DNA of 64,000 nucleotides, taken from Bacillota bacterium (GTDB lineage Bacteria > Bacillota > Ch66 > Ch109). Under the pieces are notes generated by a model that worked only from the letters and a program-made list of their open reading frames with translations, made no database searches and was not told where the DNA came from. Location of the stretch: contig JBMNLH010000004.1 in assembly GCA_050952625.1 (NCBI GenBank), positions 224,001 through 288,000 on the forward strand, in the 5' to 3' direction. The translations under genes and the position numbers were made by a program. Each line of letters starts with the position of its first letter. Within the stretch, counting starts at the first letter, position 1. Below are positions 10,918-21,169 of the stretch, in pieces.

Positions 10918-11482
10918 TTGAAAATGTACAGGGCCTTATTAATTCTGATTATTGTTCTCACGTCGATTCTTTTAATTTCCGGGGATTGGGCCCCATGGTT
11001 TATCACAGGATCAAGAAACAAAAAGTGAGCTGCAGCAAGGTCCGGAGCCTATTGAGAACTCCTCTGAGCCCACCTGCGATGATGAGTCACAGAAACCGGA
11101 GGAACTAACTGAAACTAATGTGACAGAACCTATGGAGGAACAACTTGAGGAGGTCGAAACAGAAAATATAAGTTTCCCTACGTCTATCCGGGTAGTCGGC
11201 TATGATTCAAAGCTTAATTATTTATATATTAATTACAGTTTAACAACTACAAAAACTGTTTCTTCTTCAGAAAGAATAGTTTTCAACTATGTAGTTGAGA
11301 TATTTAACGGCAATGATGTACTGATCGGCAGCATAGGTTCTTTTGATTCACCAGAACAAGAAATCGGAATGTTAGGTCAAAACTCGCTAGATATCAGGGA
11401 TAGGAGAATAAATATCCGAACTGATAAACTTCCTGCTGCATACCGCATTGTGATCACTGTAACTGAAACTTATGTAATTTAA
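10918..11482 (+). CDS. Secreted paralog of 10345-10797 (frameshifted 5' part; ORF track 11120-11482)
   Basis: Shares FPT.I.V.GYD.K...NY.L.TTK.V...FNYV.E.F...IGS.GSF...LPAAYR.V.T. Signal peptide MYRALLILIIV at 10924. Confidence 0.7.
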
Positions 11483-11606
11483 GCATAATGTTGTCTTTCA
11501 CCTTACCACCCCCTGATTGCCAAATTTTTACTTTTTTTGAGCTGCACAACTCATAAAGAATGAGGATTATATGCAAGAAAATTTAATTTGTAAAGGAGGT
11601 ATATAA

Positions 11607-12354
11607 GTGTCAACTAACCAAGAAACAAAAGAAATAATTCATAAAAAACCGGTTAAGCGAAAAAAGAGGTTTTTTATATTAGCAACCTTGTTTCTTATTG
11701 CTATCTTTATTCTGCTGCTGTGTCACCATTGTCCTAAACCTACTCCACCGTTGGAAGTTTGGTTCGAAGAATATTTTGAACATGGTCTGGAGGACTGGGA
11801 AAGTCTGGACGCCAAATGGATTGATAATGATGGGGTAGTTCATAATACTTCGGCCCGAGTGGCTAAGGAAGTTTATCTGGCTCCATATCTGGGTTATGAA
11901 TTCAATACTCCAATCCATAATGATCAGATAGTTGTTGAATTTTATACTAAAATAGAGAAAATCACCGGTGCCATGACTCTGGCTTCGCTTGATTTTCCTT
12001 CTGGTGAGATTAGCGCGGTTATAAGTAAAGACGGATACCTCGGAGTGGCTTTTGGGCTGTTTGAGCCTGCCCGGTACAGTACCAAGCGCCCTGACCCCTG
12101 GGGAGTGGCAAAAGGTACAGATCTATGTGAATAATTCAGAAAACAAGTTATCATTACGATATAATGACTCGGAAGTTTTAAACACTCACTGGGCGGGAAC
12201 ACTACCCCTCATGAAAATTTGGCTGGGTTCGGTCTGGATTTACGGTGCAGAAAACTATGTGCCTACTTTGGGGTCTTATTACGACGCAATTCGGGTTGGA
12301 AACCTTGGTTTGTTAGACTCAAAGACCCCAAAATCAAGCAGGGACGGTTCTTGA
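11607..12354 (+). CDS. Membrane-anchored beta-rich (LamG/lectin-like) protein, split by a frameshift near 12085
   Basis: RBS AGGAGG, basic N-terminus plus TM. ORFs 11607-12134 and 12052-12354 join; the last codons derive from the REP. Confidence 0.65.
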
Positions 12355-12456
12355 CTTGAATTGACTGTGAAAAATGTTTACATTATTAGTTTTTTAAATA
12401 GCCTGCCAGGAATGCAGTTTCCGGCAGGTTCTTTGTTCGTTCAAGCAGGGACGGTT
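12334..12456. repeat. Second REP-like element, interrupted by IS110 family 2
   Basis: Homologous to 10133-10240; ends TTCAAGCAGGGACGGTT at the IS boundary. Confidence 0.85.
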
Positions 12457-12577
12457 AGTGTGAAAACAACCATCCCAAGTGATCGAATTACTACTCAAAA
12501 ATTGCAACACAAAATAAGCCCGTAAACATTGATTTTTTTACAGGTAATAGATAACATATAAACAAAGGGCTATTATT

Positions 12578-13754
12578 TTAACGAGGCGATTGAACTGGCA
12601 CTTTTGCCACCATTGGGTCATAGAACTCTCCAGATTTTAGTAGCTTGTAAATTAGCACTAGAATCTTTCTCGCCACTGCAATAATAGCCTTTTTTCTACC
12701 CAATTTACCTTGATGTGTCCAAAACCAGTCATGAAAACTTGATTTGCGTGTACGCACCGCTGCCCATGCAACCTGACATAAAATTGCTTTAATATAAGGA
12801 CTCCCTTTTGTAACTTTACGAGACTTTATATTGCCTGCTGATTCATCATTTCGAGGTGATAATCCAGCCCAAGATACGATCTTCTTAGCACTATCAAAAC
12901 TATCCTGGGGAGTTGCGCTGGTTTCAGCTATAATTGTAAGGGCCGCTGCTATGTCAATGCCGGGTATAGAATCAAGCTGCTCAAGCTGAATTTTATAGGG
13001 TTCAGCTAAATGTTGCATAAGCAGAAGAATATCATTAATCTCACCATCAAGAGTATCAATTTTATCAAGTAAAATTTTGAGATAAGAACGTTCGGAATAG
13101 TCAAGTTTACCAGTAACGGTTGACCGAATCTCTTCCATAGACTTTTTAACACGTCTGTCCATAGCATCACTCACATCAATAGGCGATAAAACACCTTTTT
13201 GAGACAAGGTAGCAAGCAGCCGTCTACCACTTACCCCTAAAATACTGCTTAGAACAGAAGATAGCTTAAACCCATGAGCCTGCAGAAACTTCTCAAGCCT
13301 ATTAGAATAACGAGTACGCTCTGCTACCAAAGTACGACGTAGCCTTGAATATTCTCGTAAATTTCTAATAAGCCTTTCTGGAACAAAACTAGGCTCCAAA
13401 AGACCATGGCGAAGCAAGGTAGCAATCCACTGGGCATCCTTGACATCACTTTTGCGACCGGCCAAATTACGCATATGATGAGCATTCACAACCATTAGAC
13501 ACTTATAACCATCCAAGAACTCTTCACATGCTTCATAAACAGGCCGCCAATAAACACCGGTACTCTCCATAGCAACATTAAAACACTGATTTTCTAAAAG
13601 CCAAGAGCACATCGCTTGCAAATCGGATTGAATAGCTTTAAATTCGGCGTGAATAGAAATAGGCTCTTCATCAGGAGAACCTTTTAAAAATACAGGCATG
13701 AATAACATCCTTGTGCACGTCCAAACCACAGCAACAATCCAGTAAAGCAAGCAT
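12578..13754 (-). CDS. IS110 recombinase (family 2); frameshift near 13688, RBS displaced by IS3
   Basis: MLALLDCCCGLDVHKD, MESTGVYW, GRKSDVKDAQW, SIPGI, WAGLSP-NDESAG, AIIAVARK. Confidence 0.92.
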
Positions 13755-13757
13755 AAC

Positions 13758-15327
13758 CGGCTTGAACCCCTATTATTGGAGAATATACACTTAAAGCTTA
13801 AGCTTACATGAAATATAACGTTTTACCTTGAGCAACCGCCCTTGACATGGGGGCCCCTGGTGTCCGTGTTTCTTAGGGCCGGCCAGGGCCCGCTGCAGCT
13901 AATGCTTTTGCGGCCCTTTGCCAGGGATAGGCTAACACGGACACCCTCCCCATGTAAAGGGTCTTCGATGAACGGTTGCTAGGCGACCATTTTCTTCTCT
14001 GTAATCTGGTTGCTCATAACAGCTTCATAATATTTAGCAGGTGCCATGTACCCTATGCTGCCATGCCGGCGACGATTTGTTGTAATAATCCATGTATTCG
14101 CTGATGACTCTGTATGCATCTGTAAAAGCCTGGTAAACTCATTTCTTGCTATAGCATTCCATCTTCTAATATAGAATGAAAAGGACTCAATATAGGCGTT
14201 CATATTAGGACTTTTAACTGGTATTCTTTCGTGAGTTAATTTCCATTTCCAGCATGTCTCTTCAAATATTTTAGCGGTAAACTGCGGGGCCATTATCAGT
14301 CCTTATTATTGGAAGTTCCATGCCAGGCTTTAAATTGCGTTTATTAAGCGAATTTATAAGTACTGCGCAGGGCATCCTTAGCTGTAGCACTTAATCCAAG
14401 GTGATAGTCAATTACTGAACGGTCAAACACGTCTATAAGGGATAATTGGAAGAAGAACCTGCTCATACCCTCAATGTAACCATACTTCAGGTCCATTTGC
14501 CATGTGTTGGTTAGGGGCAGTTACTTCATCTCGCTTTGCCAGTTTTCCTCGGCCGGTCTAGATATATTTTTCTCTGAGGACGCAATACGTTAAGTTCTTT
14601 ACAGAGCCGGTATGTTTTCTTATGGTTTATGATAAGCTGGTAATCCTCTTTCAGGGTTGCGTTGATTTTTTTATAGCCATAAGGGAAACCATCCCCGGTA
14701 ACTATCTCTTTAATATATTCCTTAATTAATTCGTCAGAGATTTGCTCACCTTCTAGATTTTAATGAGTACTCTGATATCTTGCGCCCCGGTTTCTTCTTT
14801 GGTAGTTCCTGGTTAATAGCACTTATAGTTTCTTTGATTTTATGATAGTAGGTGGATGAAGCCAAGCCGACAGAGCTAAGGACCAGAGAAGCTTTATAGC
14901 CCTTATCTATCCACCTTTTAGCTATGGTAACACCTGTCGGCTACCGAGGGTTTTGGATATCCCTTAATCTCTCTTAAAATAGCCAACTCTAATTCTTTAT
15001 CAGCCAGAAGGCGTTTTAGCCTGTCATTCTCAGTACTAACTTCTTTAAGCTGTTTTTCCAGAGCTTTTTGGCGGTCATCTTTAACTTTAGGCAGTCTCTT
15101 TATGGAGCCGTTTTTTTCGATATTTACTTAACCAAGTATGAATTGTATTAGCCGACATTTTCATGCCTGCGAGCTACCAAGGCAACGTTACCTGTTTCCT
15201 GGCACTCTTTTATAATTAATTCCTTGAATTCATCGCTGTATTGCTTGCTTTTCATGAAAATCTACCCCCTACTATTATGTTAACGTATTACACGTGCTTT
15301 CTCCAAATTTATTAGGGGGCTAGATAG
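13758..15327 (-). mobile_element. IS3-family element with 4-bp target duplication TAAC
   Basis: Imperfect IRs (CCCCTA...TTGGAGAA at both ends). TAAC at 13754-13757 and 15328-15331. Confidence 0.85.
13979..15255 (-). pseudogene. IS3 transposase orfA/orfB with multiple frameshifts
   Basis: orfA MKSKQYSDEFKELIIKECQETGNVALVARRHE. orfB YGYKKI, WQMDLKY, HERIPVKSPNMNAYIESF, RRHGSIGYMAP. Confidence 0.88.
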
Positions 15328-15331
15328 TAAC

Positions 15332-15510
15332 GACACCTCCGAAGATAATAATGCAGGGAACAATTGTCTGATAAAAATTGAAGTTTAGTGTCCGTGGTCA
15401 CCGTCAATGTGCCACAATTCTCTGTACTCAAAGGACAATTTAGTCATGTTCTAAAACCGGGGTATAAAGTCTCCCCAAACCGTCCCTCGACCTTACCCTG
15501 CAGTACCATT
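15332..15510 (-). ncRNA. Putative IS110 bridge RNA region (family 2)
   Basis: Contains AGGGACGGTT (target flank) and ACACTAA (donor end) next to hairpins; TATAAT just upstream. Confidence 0.6.
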
Positions 15511-15676
15511 ATATAATGTCGTTATTTCCCGGGAAGCCCTTTGTATCTGCTTTGGCCAGTTTTTCAATCCATTCTCCTGTGTCAAGCATTGTCATGGATG
15601 TTCTCCTGGTTGTAATTATAGGTAAAAAGTGAAAAGTTGGTATCGTAATAAGTGGTATAAGCTTCGGTGCCAGGCA

Positions 15677-15850
15677 GTGCGCGCCCGAGCAAGGTCGTTT
15701 CATATAGTGGGTGGGAAGCCTACTGGATAAGGTAGACCAACCATCCGTAGTTAGCCTTGGAGCTTATCAGGTAACTGGTAAGTTTTAAGCGTAGGCAAAC
15801 AGGGTAGCAGGCTGAAAGCTGAAAAGCTGAAGTGATTGAGCCACGTAATG
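15677..15850 (+). ncRNA. Group II intron 5' (domain I) fragment
   Basis: Starts GTGCGCGCCCGAGCAAGG; TTTTAAGCGTAGGCA and GATTGAGCC...AAT domain-I-like blocks. No RT ORF or domain V. Confidence 0.55.
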
Positions 15851-16335
15851 CTTCGGTGCCTGACATGAACTTATTAAGTTATTCAATATTCAGATAATTA
15901 TCAATAAAAGTACGGCTATTATATGCTATTACATAAGCTACATTATCGGAATTTAAAGAGTTCATGCAAAAGAAGAATGGCAGGTGCCTGACCCCAAGTT
16001 ATTTAAATAAAGACCAATCCAGATGTTCTAGGGGTTGGGAAACATAACATGTATTATCAGAATAAACCTAGTTGTTGAGATAAATTCATGGTAGAGTGGC
16101 AAGGGGCCATTTCGTTTTCGCATTTAATAAAAAGAGCTTGTTTAAGGCTAGCGTAATCACTTTACAAGGACCCCTGGTGCCTGCCACCAACTTATCAACT
16201 TATCAACTTATTAAATATTATGACAATTTGGGACTGGGTGTAGGAATTATTAGAAGCAAAAGGTGCTTAGGGGTTTATGCCAGGGATTGATTTAATAGCG
16301 ATGAAAAAAGCCATAAATATTGGAGGCTGATGGTA

Positions 16336-17996
16336 TTAGCGTGAAAACAACAATAACACCGGACAATAAGGACGGGAGCTAAAAAAGGGCACACTTCCCC
16401 CTTGAATTATAAGTAAAAATTTAAGCTGGTTGCAATAAGCCTGGTATGTCAGTTTCCTGAATAAGCCCTTGCGCAATCAGAAGCTTAGCAGCCTTTTTTA
16501 AAGCTTTCTCCTTCTGTTTATCACATAGTTCCAGAGGCATATCAACCTTGTAGAGGTCACATGGATTGAAGATCTCGCCGGTCGAAAGCATATGATAAAT
16601 GGCGGAGAGAATCATCCTGGCGATAGCGATAATGGCTCGTTTCTTGCCTCTTCTCTTGGAAATGCGCTCATACTTGATACGGTAATAAGGACTGTCCTTG
16701 GATTTTACCGCGGCGTGAGCGACTTGAACCAGAGCAGGCTTAAGATAAACCCCGGCTCTTGTGATGCGGACCGACTTTTTCTTGCCGGCAGATTCATTGT
16801 TGCCAGGCGTTAGACCCGCCCAGCAGCAAAGCCTCTTTGAGGACGAGAAATGAGACATGTCAGTACCTATCTCGGAGATGACCGTGATAGCAGAAGTGCG
16901 GTCAACTCCGGGAATGGTACAAAGAAGTTGAAGCGCGCTTTCATAGGGCGAGGCCAAAATATTAAGCATATCGTCCAGTTTATTGATAGATTTCTCGATA
17001 AATTCCAGGTGATTGCGAATCATGCGGACGCGGAACTTTTGCTCGGGCATCATTTGATATCCCTCAATGGATTCAATTACTATATCAGCCTTTTTCTTAA
17101 GGGACTTTTTCAGAAGGGATACGCAGTGTTGCGGATCAAAAGAATCTGAATTTACAAGGTAGTCGGTGATGGATGAGGCAGATTTGCCAAACATGTCCGA
17201 AACGACAGCATCAAGGGCTACATTGCAGACCGTGAAAGCATTTTGGAAACGATTCTTCTCACTGGATTTACAAGATATCAGTTTAAACCGGTAGCGAGTA
17301 TACTCGCGCAGAATTCGAATCGATTTATTGGGGATAAAACTGCCTGGTACAAGGCCCAGACGAAACAGGTCGCCGATCCATTTAGAATCTTTGGTGTCGT
17401 CCTTGTTGCCTTTAACGGCCTTGACCCATTTGGGATTGGCAACGGTGACGTTGATGGAATCCTCCAATAAATTGAACACGGGAACCCAATACTTCCCGGT
17501 AGATTCCATACAGACGTCTCTACAATTGTTATCCAACAACCAGCGTTTAAATTGTAGGATGGAATTGTTGAAGGTGGAGAAGCGTTTCTTCTGGTAGTGA
17601 GGGGTAATCCCCTTAGATGTGATGATGGTGGCAACGAAAAATTTTTTGTGGACATCTACGCCACAGCAAATTGGGGTAAACGACTTTCAAGCTACTGCCT
17701 CCTCTTAAAAATGGTGTGGAGAAGGCAGTGACTGGGCTGCCGCACATTTAACAAGGAGTTAAAACAATGATTAGCGTACGGTCTCGAAGAACCCACTCAT
17801 TTGTGCTTGGAAGGCAGTCCTTACACTGGTTATTATACGGTTTTGGGTCAAATATGAGCGGTCTACTACTTACCTCACCGTGCTTTGTAGTTTGCCTTCT
17901 CCTCAGACCCATTCTACCGAAATCCGGGGTAATTTGCGCCCCCGTTTTCATTACTATTTGTATCGCTGCCCTTGCAGCGAGATGGAGGTTATTATG
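16336..17996 (-). mobile_element. IS110-family element (family 1, copy 2)
   Basis: Reverse complement of 6558-8216, with two single-base homopolymer differences seen. Confidence 0.92.
16421..17690 (-). CDS. IS110 recombinase (copy 2; +1 base near 17674)
   Basis: Protein identical to copy 1 downstream of the frameshift. Confidence 0.92.
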
Positions 17997-19235
17997 AAAT
18001 ACTGCCTTACTATGTGAATGGTGACCTGGAACGAGCTGCCCCACTGGAGGCGGAGTTCATTATCAATACCGTTGTGCCTAGCATTAATGAAGGTTTTGAA
18101 GTTCCTGCACGATCTGGGGATTATTCATCGGGATATTAAGCCGAATAATATTTTTTTTAGTGATGACCGGCGGCAGGTAGTTATTGGTGATTTTGGGATT
18201 AGTTCAGTAACAAATCAAAAAATCAGTATTCGGGTTACTAATGGTGATCGAACAATTGGCTATGCGGCTCCAGAAACCGCGCAGGGCTTTGTGATGAAGG
18301 AATCAGATTACTATTCATTTGGCATAACCCTGCTGCATTTGGTGACCGGCTTTGACCCCTTTGAGGGAATGACTGATACCCAGATTTTACTGCAAACCAT
18401 CAATTATCCGCTCAATATCCCAGCCTCAGTGCCCTCCCGTCTGGCAGAGTTGATCAGGGGATTAACCGTCAAGGATCGCAATTATCGTTGGGGTTATGCC
18501 CAGGTACAGAGATGGTGCAACCAAGAAGTCGTTCCAATTTATGAGGGGGATACGGGAAACCCCGGCCAGGTCCAATATTAAACCTTACACTTTTGCCGGG
18601 CGCAAATTATACGAGTTGGAAGAATTTTCGCTCTGCCTGGCGGAGAACTGGACCGAAGGAATTAAGCATTTATACCGGGGATATATTGCTGATCACTTAA
18701 AACAATTTGGGCAGGAATTAACCTCCCAAGGGGACGGATTGTGCCGAGGAAAGGGACCAAGACCTGGGCTTTTTTAAGCTGATTTATCTCCTAAACCCTA
18801 AGGCCCCCCGCTCTGTTGGCGAGGCGAAATGTTTATTGACCTCTATAAGCTAAGCACGAGTATCAGTAAAGAACTGCCTCAAGTGAATCAAAGTTATTTG
18901 ACTTTGTTAACCAGCGGAGCCCTGCAGCATTTTTTGCAGGTTAAGGGTTTTGATAGCCGTTTTATCTCTCTTGTGGCAAGAGTTAGAAAAGCAAGCGGTC
19001 CAAGATCCCGACTTAGCCCTATTATCGATTAGCTAGACTCCTCGGGGAGAACCCCTGAGTTTCATTATGCCGGGCAGACATTCTCCACACCGCGATGACT
19101 TAGTTCATTACCTCTATGAGCAGCGCTCCAGACTTGATCAACTGGCAGTCGAGTTATTGGCGAATAAAGACTTCTTGGCTTGGCTTTACCATTTGGGCTA
19201 CAGTGAACATATCGCACAGTGGCAGGAAATTGACT
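17994..19235 (+). pseudogene. Ser/Thr protein kinase, N-lobe removed by IS110, several frameshifts
   Basis: YEILPYYVNGDL, IIHRDIKPNN, IGDFGIS, TIGYAAPE, SDYYSFG. The C-terminal region is spread over ORFs 18496, 18829 and 19067. Confidence 0.85.
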
Positions 19236-19255
19236 ACTTACAGGAGGGGAGCAGG

Positions 19256-20491
19256 TTGAGCGGTCCTAAGAGCAGTGAGTATTATCTAACCCTCGCTGAG
19301 TCAAGGCGGCAGGAAGAGGAACGGAGAATCCGCCTGGAACAGGAAATGTGCGACTTGCTCGAGCGAGAAATAGAAGCCAAAACGCGGAGTCTGCACCAGA
19401 TAATGCAGCAGGTCGAGCTAGCGGCGGCTGACTTAATCAATGAAGCCAAACTGACCATGCAGGACAGTGGCTTAGTAAAACACATTGAACAGATGTTACA
19501 GTGGATGCAGGAAAGAGCCGGGAACATCTCGGCTAAGCCGGGTGTTAGAACCAGTACTGAGTTGGGCAATTACTTGGCTCAAGTGGAGCGAATCCAGCAA
19601 CAATTAACTGTTCAGGAAGGAACCATCCAAGAAGCATTAACCGTGCTCAATAAACTGCTGAAAGATGAAAGGATTAACCGTTTAGAGTCTAAATTGCTCA
19701 CTGAGACCAAAACCTTAAACCCAGTGCAGCCTTATTCGTTTGATCTGACTATGCCGGTTAGTCAATCCAGTGAACCGGTCCAAACAACGGTTGATCTCGC
19801 CGAAGCGCTCGTGGAGTTTATCGGGTTGGTGGATCCTTTTTTAAACAATGAATTATTAGGGAAAATGCAGGAAATAGCTCAACTCAAAAAGTCGGTGCTT
19901 GATCTGGCGGAAAATCAGGCGGTGGATGATGTATATAAGTGGCAGCAGATTAAAATGCGCCAAAAGGCCTTTATAGCCACCTGCCATAAGTATGAACAGC
20001 AGTTAACCAATAACCAGAGGCTTTACCAGGAATATCAGATGCAGCAGCGAACCTACCACACAGTCTGCCAGCTGCTAGGGGAAACACCGAAACCGTATTC
20101 ATTTACCCTTAATGAGGCGTCTCAAACGCTGATAGACCTAACCCAGGAAATAAAACGATGTCAGTCACGGCTCACCAAAAAAGAAGAAGCCGAGTACATC
20201 GCAGCCTCAATCAATGAAGTTATGGCCGAATTGGGGTATGAAATTGTGGCTACGGATTTTTTAAGGACACCCAAGCGGGATATCATCCACCATATCTATG
20301 AATTTGAGCAGGGCAATGTGGTTAATGTCTTTTCCTCCGATAACGGAAGCCTCATGTTCGAAGTAACCGGTGTGAAGGCAACAAACGATTTGACGGAATT
20401 AGAAAAACTGAAGATCAAAGAAGGGATGGAAAGTTTTTGCTCAAAGTACGATGAAATCAAAAAAAGACTTTTGAGCAAAGGCATTGAGATT
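19256..20491 (+). CDS. Coiled-coil protein starting (M)SGPKSSEYYLT, fused in frame to a TadA fragment
   Basis: RBS AGGAGGGG before TTG 19256; long Q/E-rich helical sequence; no stop before the TadA part. Confidence 0.7.
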
Positions 20492-20815
20492 CCCACCGCC
20501 CATGCGGAGATTATAGCGATTCAGGCAGCCTCACGCAACCTGGGAGGGTGGCGGTTACTGGGAACCACCCTTTACGTAACGGTCGAACCGTGTTTTATGT
20601 GTGCTGGGGCTCTGGTTTTGGCTCGAGTGGAGCGGCTGGTTTACGGAGTTAAGGACCCGAAAATGGGAGCAGTGGATTCTCTGGTAAATTTGGTCCAATT
20701 CCCGGGGATTAATCATCGGGTTGAGGTAACCCAGGGTGTTTGCGAAGCAGAATGCCGGGAGATAATCCAAAAGTTTTTTCAGGAGCTGCGCCAGCGGAAA
20801 AAAAATGAGGGTTAA
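20492..20815 (+). pseudogene. tadA: tRNA adenosine deaminase, N-terminal ~50 aa missing
   Basis: PTAHAE, WRL, LYVTVEPCFMCAGAL, DPKMGA, NHRVEV, FFQELR; usual position before tRNA-Ser. Confidence 0.88.
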
Positions 20816-20968
20816 CTCATAAGCTATTGGAGAGTAGAGTAATGTTTACTGGCTCTTTCGGGGACTAAAGCAATGGATTGATTTCAGATAAGATGACTTG
20901 ATCTAACTAGATTAGTCAAATAGCTGGATTAGTCAGATTATCGTCACAATTGCAGAAATACTTTACGC

Positions 20969-21060
20969 GGAGAGATGGCTGAGCTGGTCTAAGGCGCTCG
21001 ACTCGAAATCGAGTGTGCCCTGATAAGGCACCGTGGGTTCGAATCCCACTCTCTCCGCCA
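20969..21060 (+). tRNA. tRNA-Ser(CGA)
   Basis: GGAGAGA/TCTCTCC acceptor, anticodon loop CTCGAAA, long variable arm, CCA. Confidence 0.97.
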
Positions 21061-21070
21061 AAAGCTTATA

Positions 21071-21102
21071 AAACAAGGGGTTGCGGCCCCTTGTTTATTT
21101 TT
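21071..21102 (+). terminator. Terminator after tRNA-Ser
   Basis: AAACAAGGGG-TTGCGG-CCCCTTGTTT plus T-rich tail. Confidence 0.75.
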
Positions 21103-21169
21103 CCAGGGGGTCAAAAAGGACACGGAAAGATACGTTTAGACAAATAAATTTGCACCGTTTTTGCACTCC

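Larger units (their letters stand above)
12455..15526 (-). mobile_element. IS110-family element (family 2) carrying a nested IS3
   Basis: Right end GTTGTTTTCACACTAA and left end AATAACG parallel the family-1 ends (GTTGTTTTCACGCTAA / AATAACC). Confidence 0.8.

Noticed and set aside
6558-17996. Composite transposon or simple invertible segment between the inverted IS110 copies
   Set aside because: Inverting or excising the segment in silico does not restore any interrupted gene
19067-19255. N-terminal part of the 582-aa ORF as a true start
   Set aside because: It is the frameshifted kinase tail; the RBS and SGPK start lie at 19256
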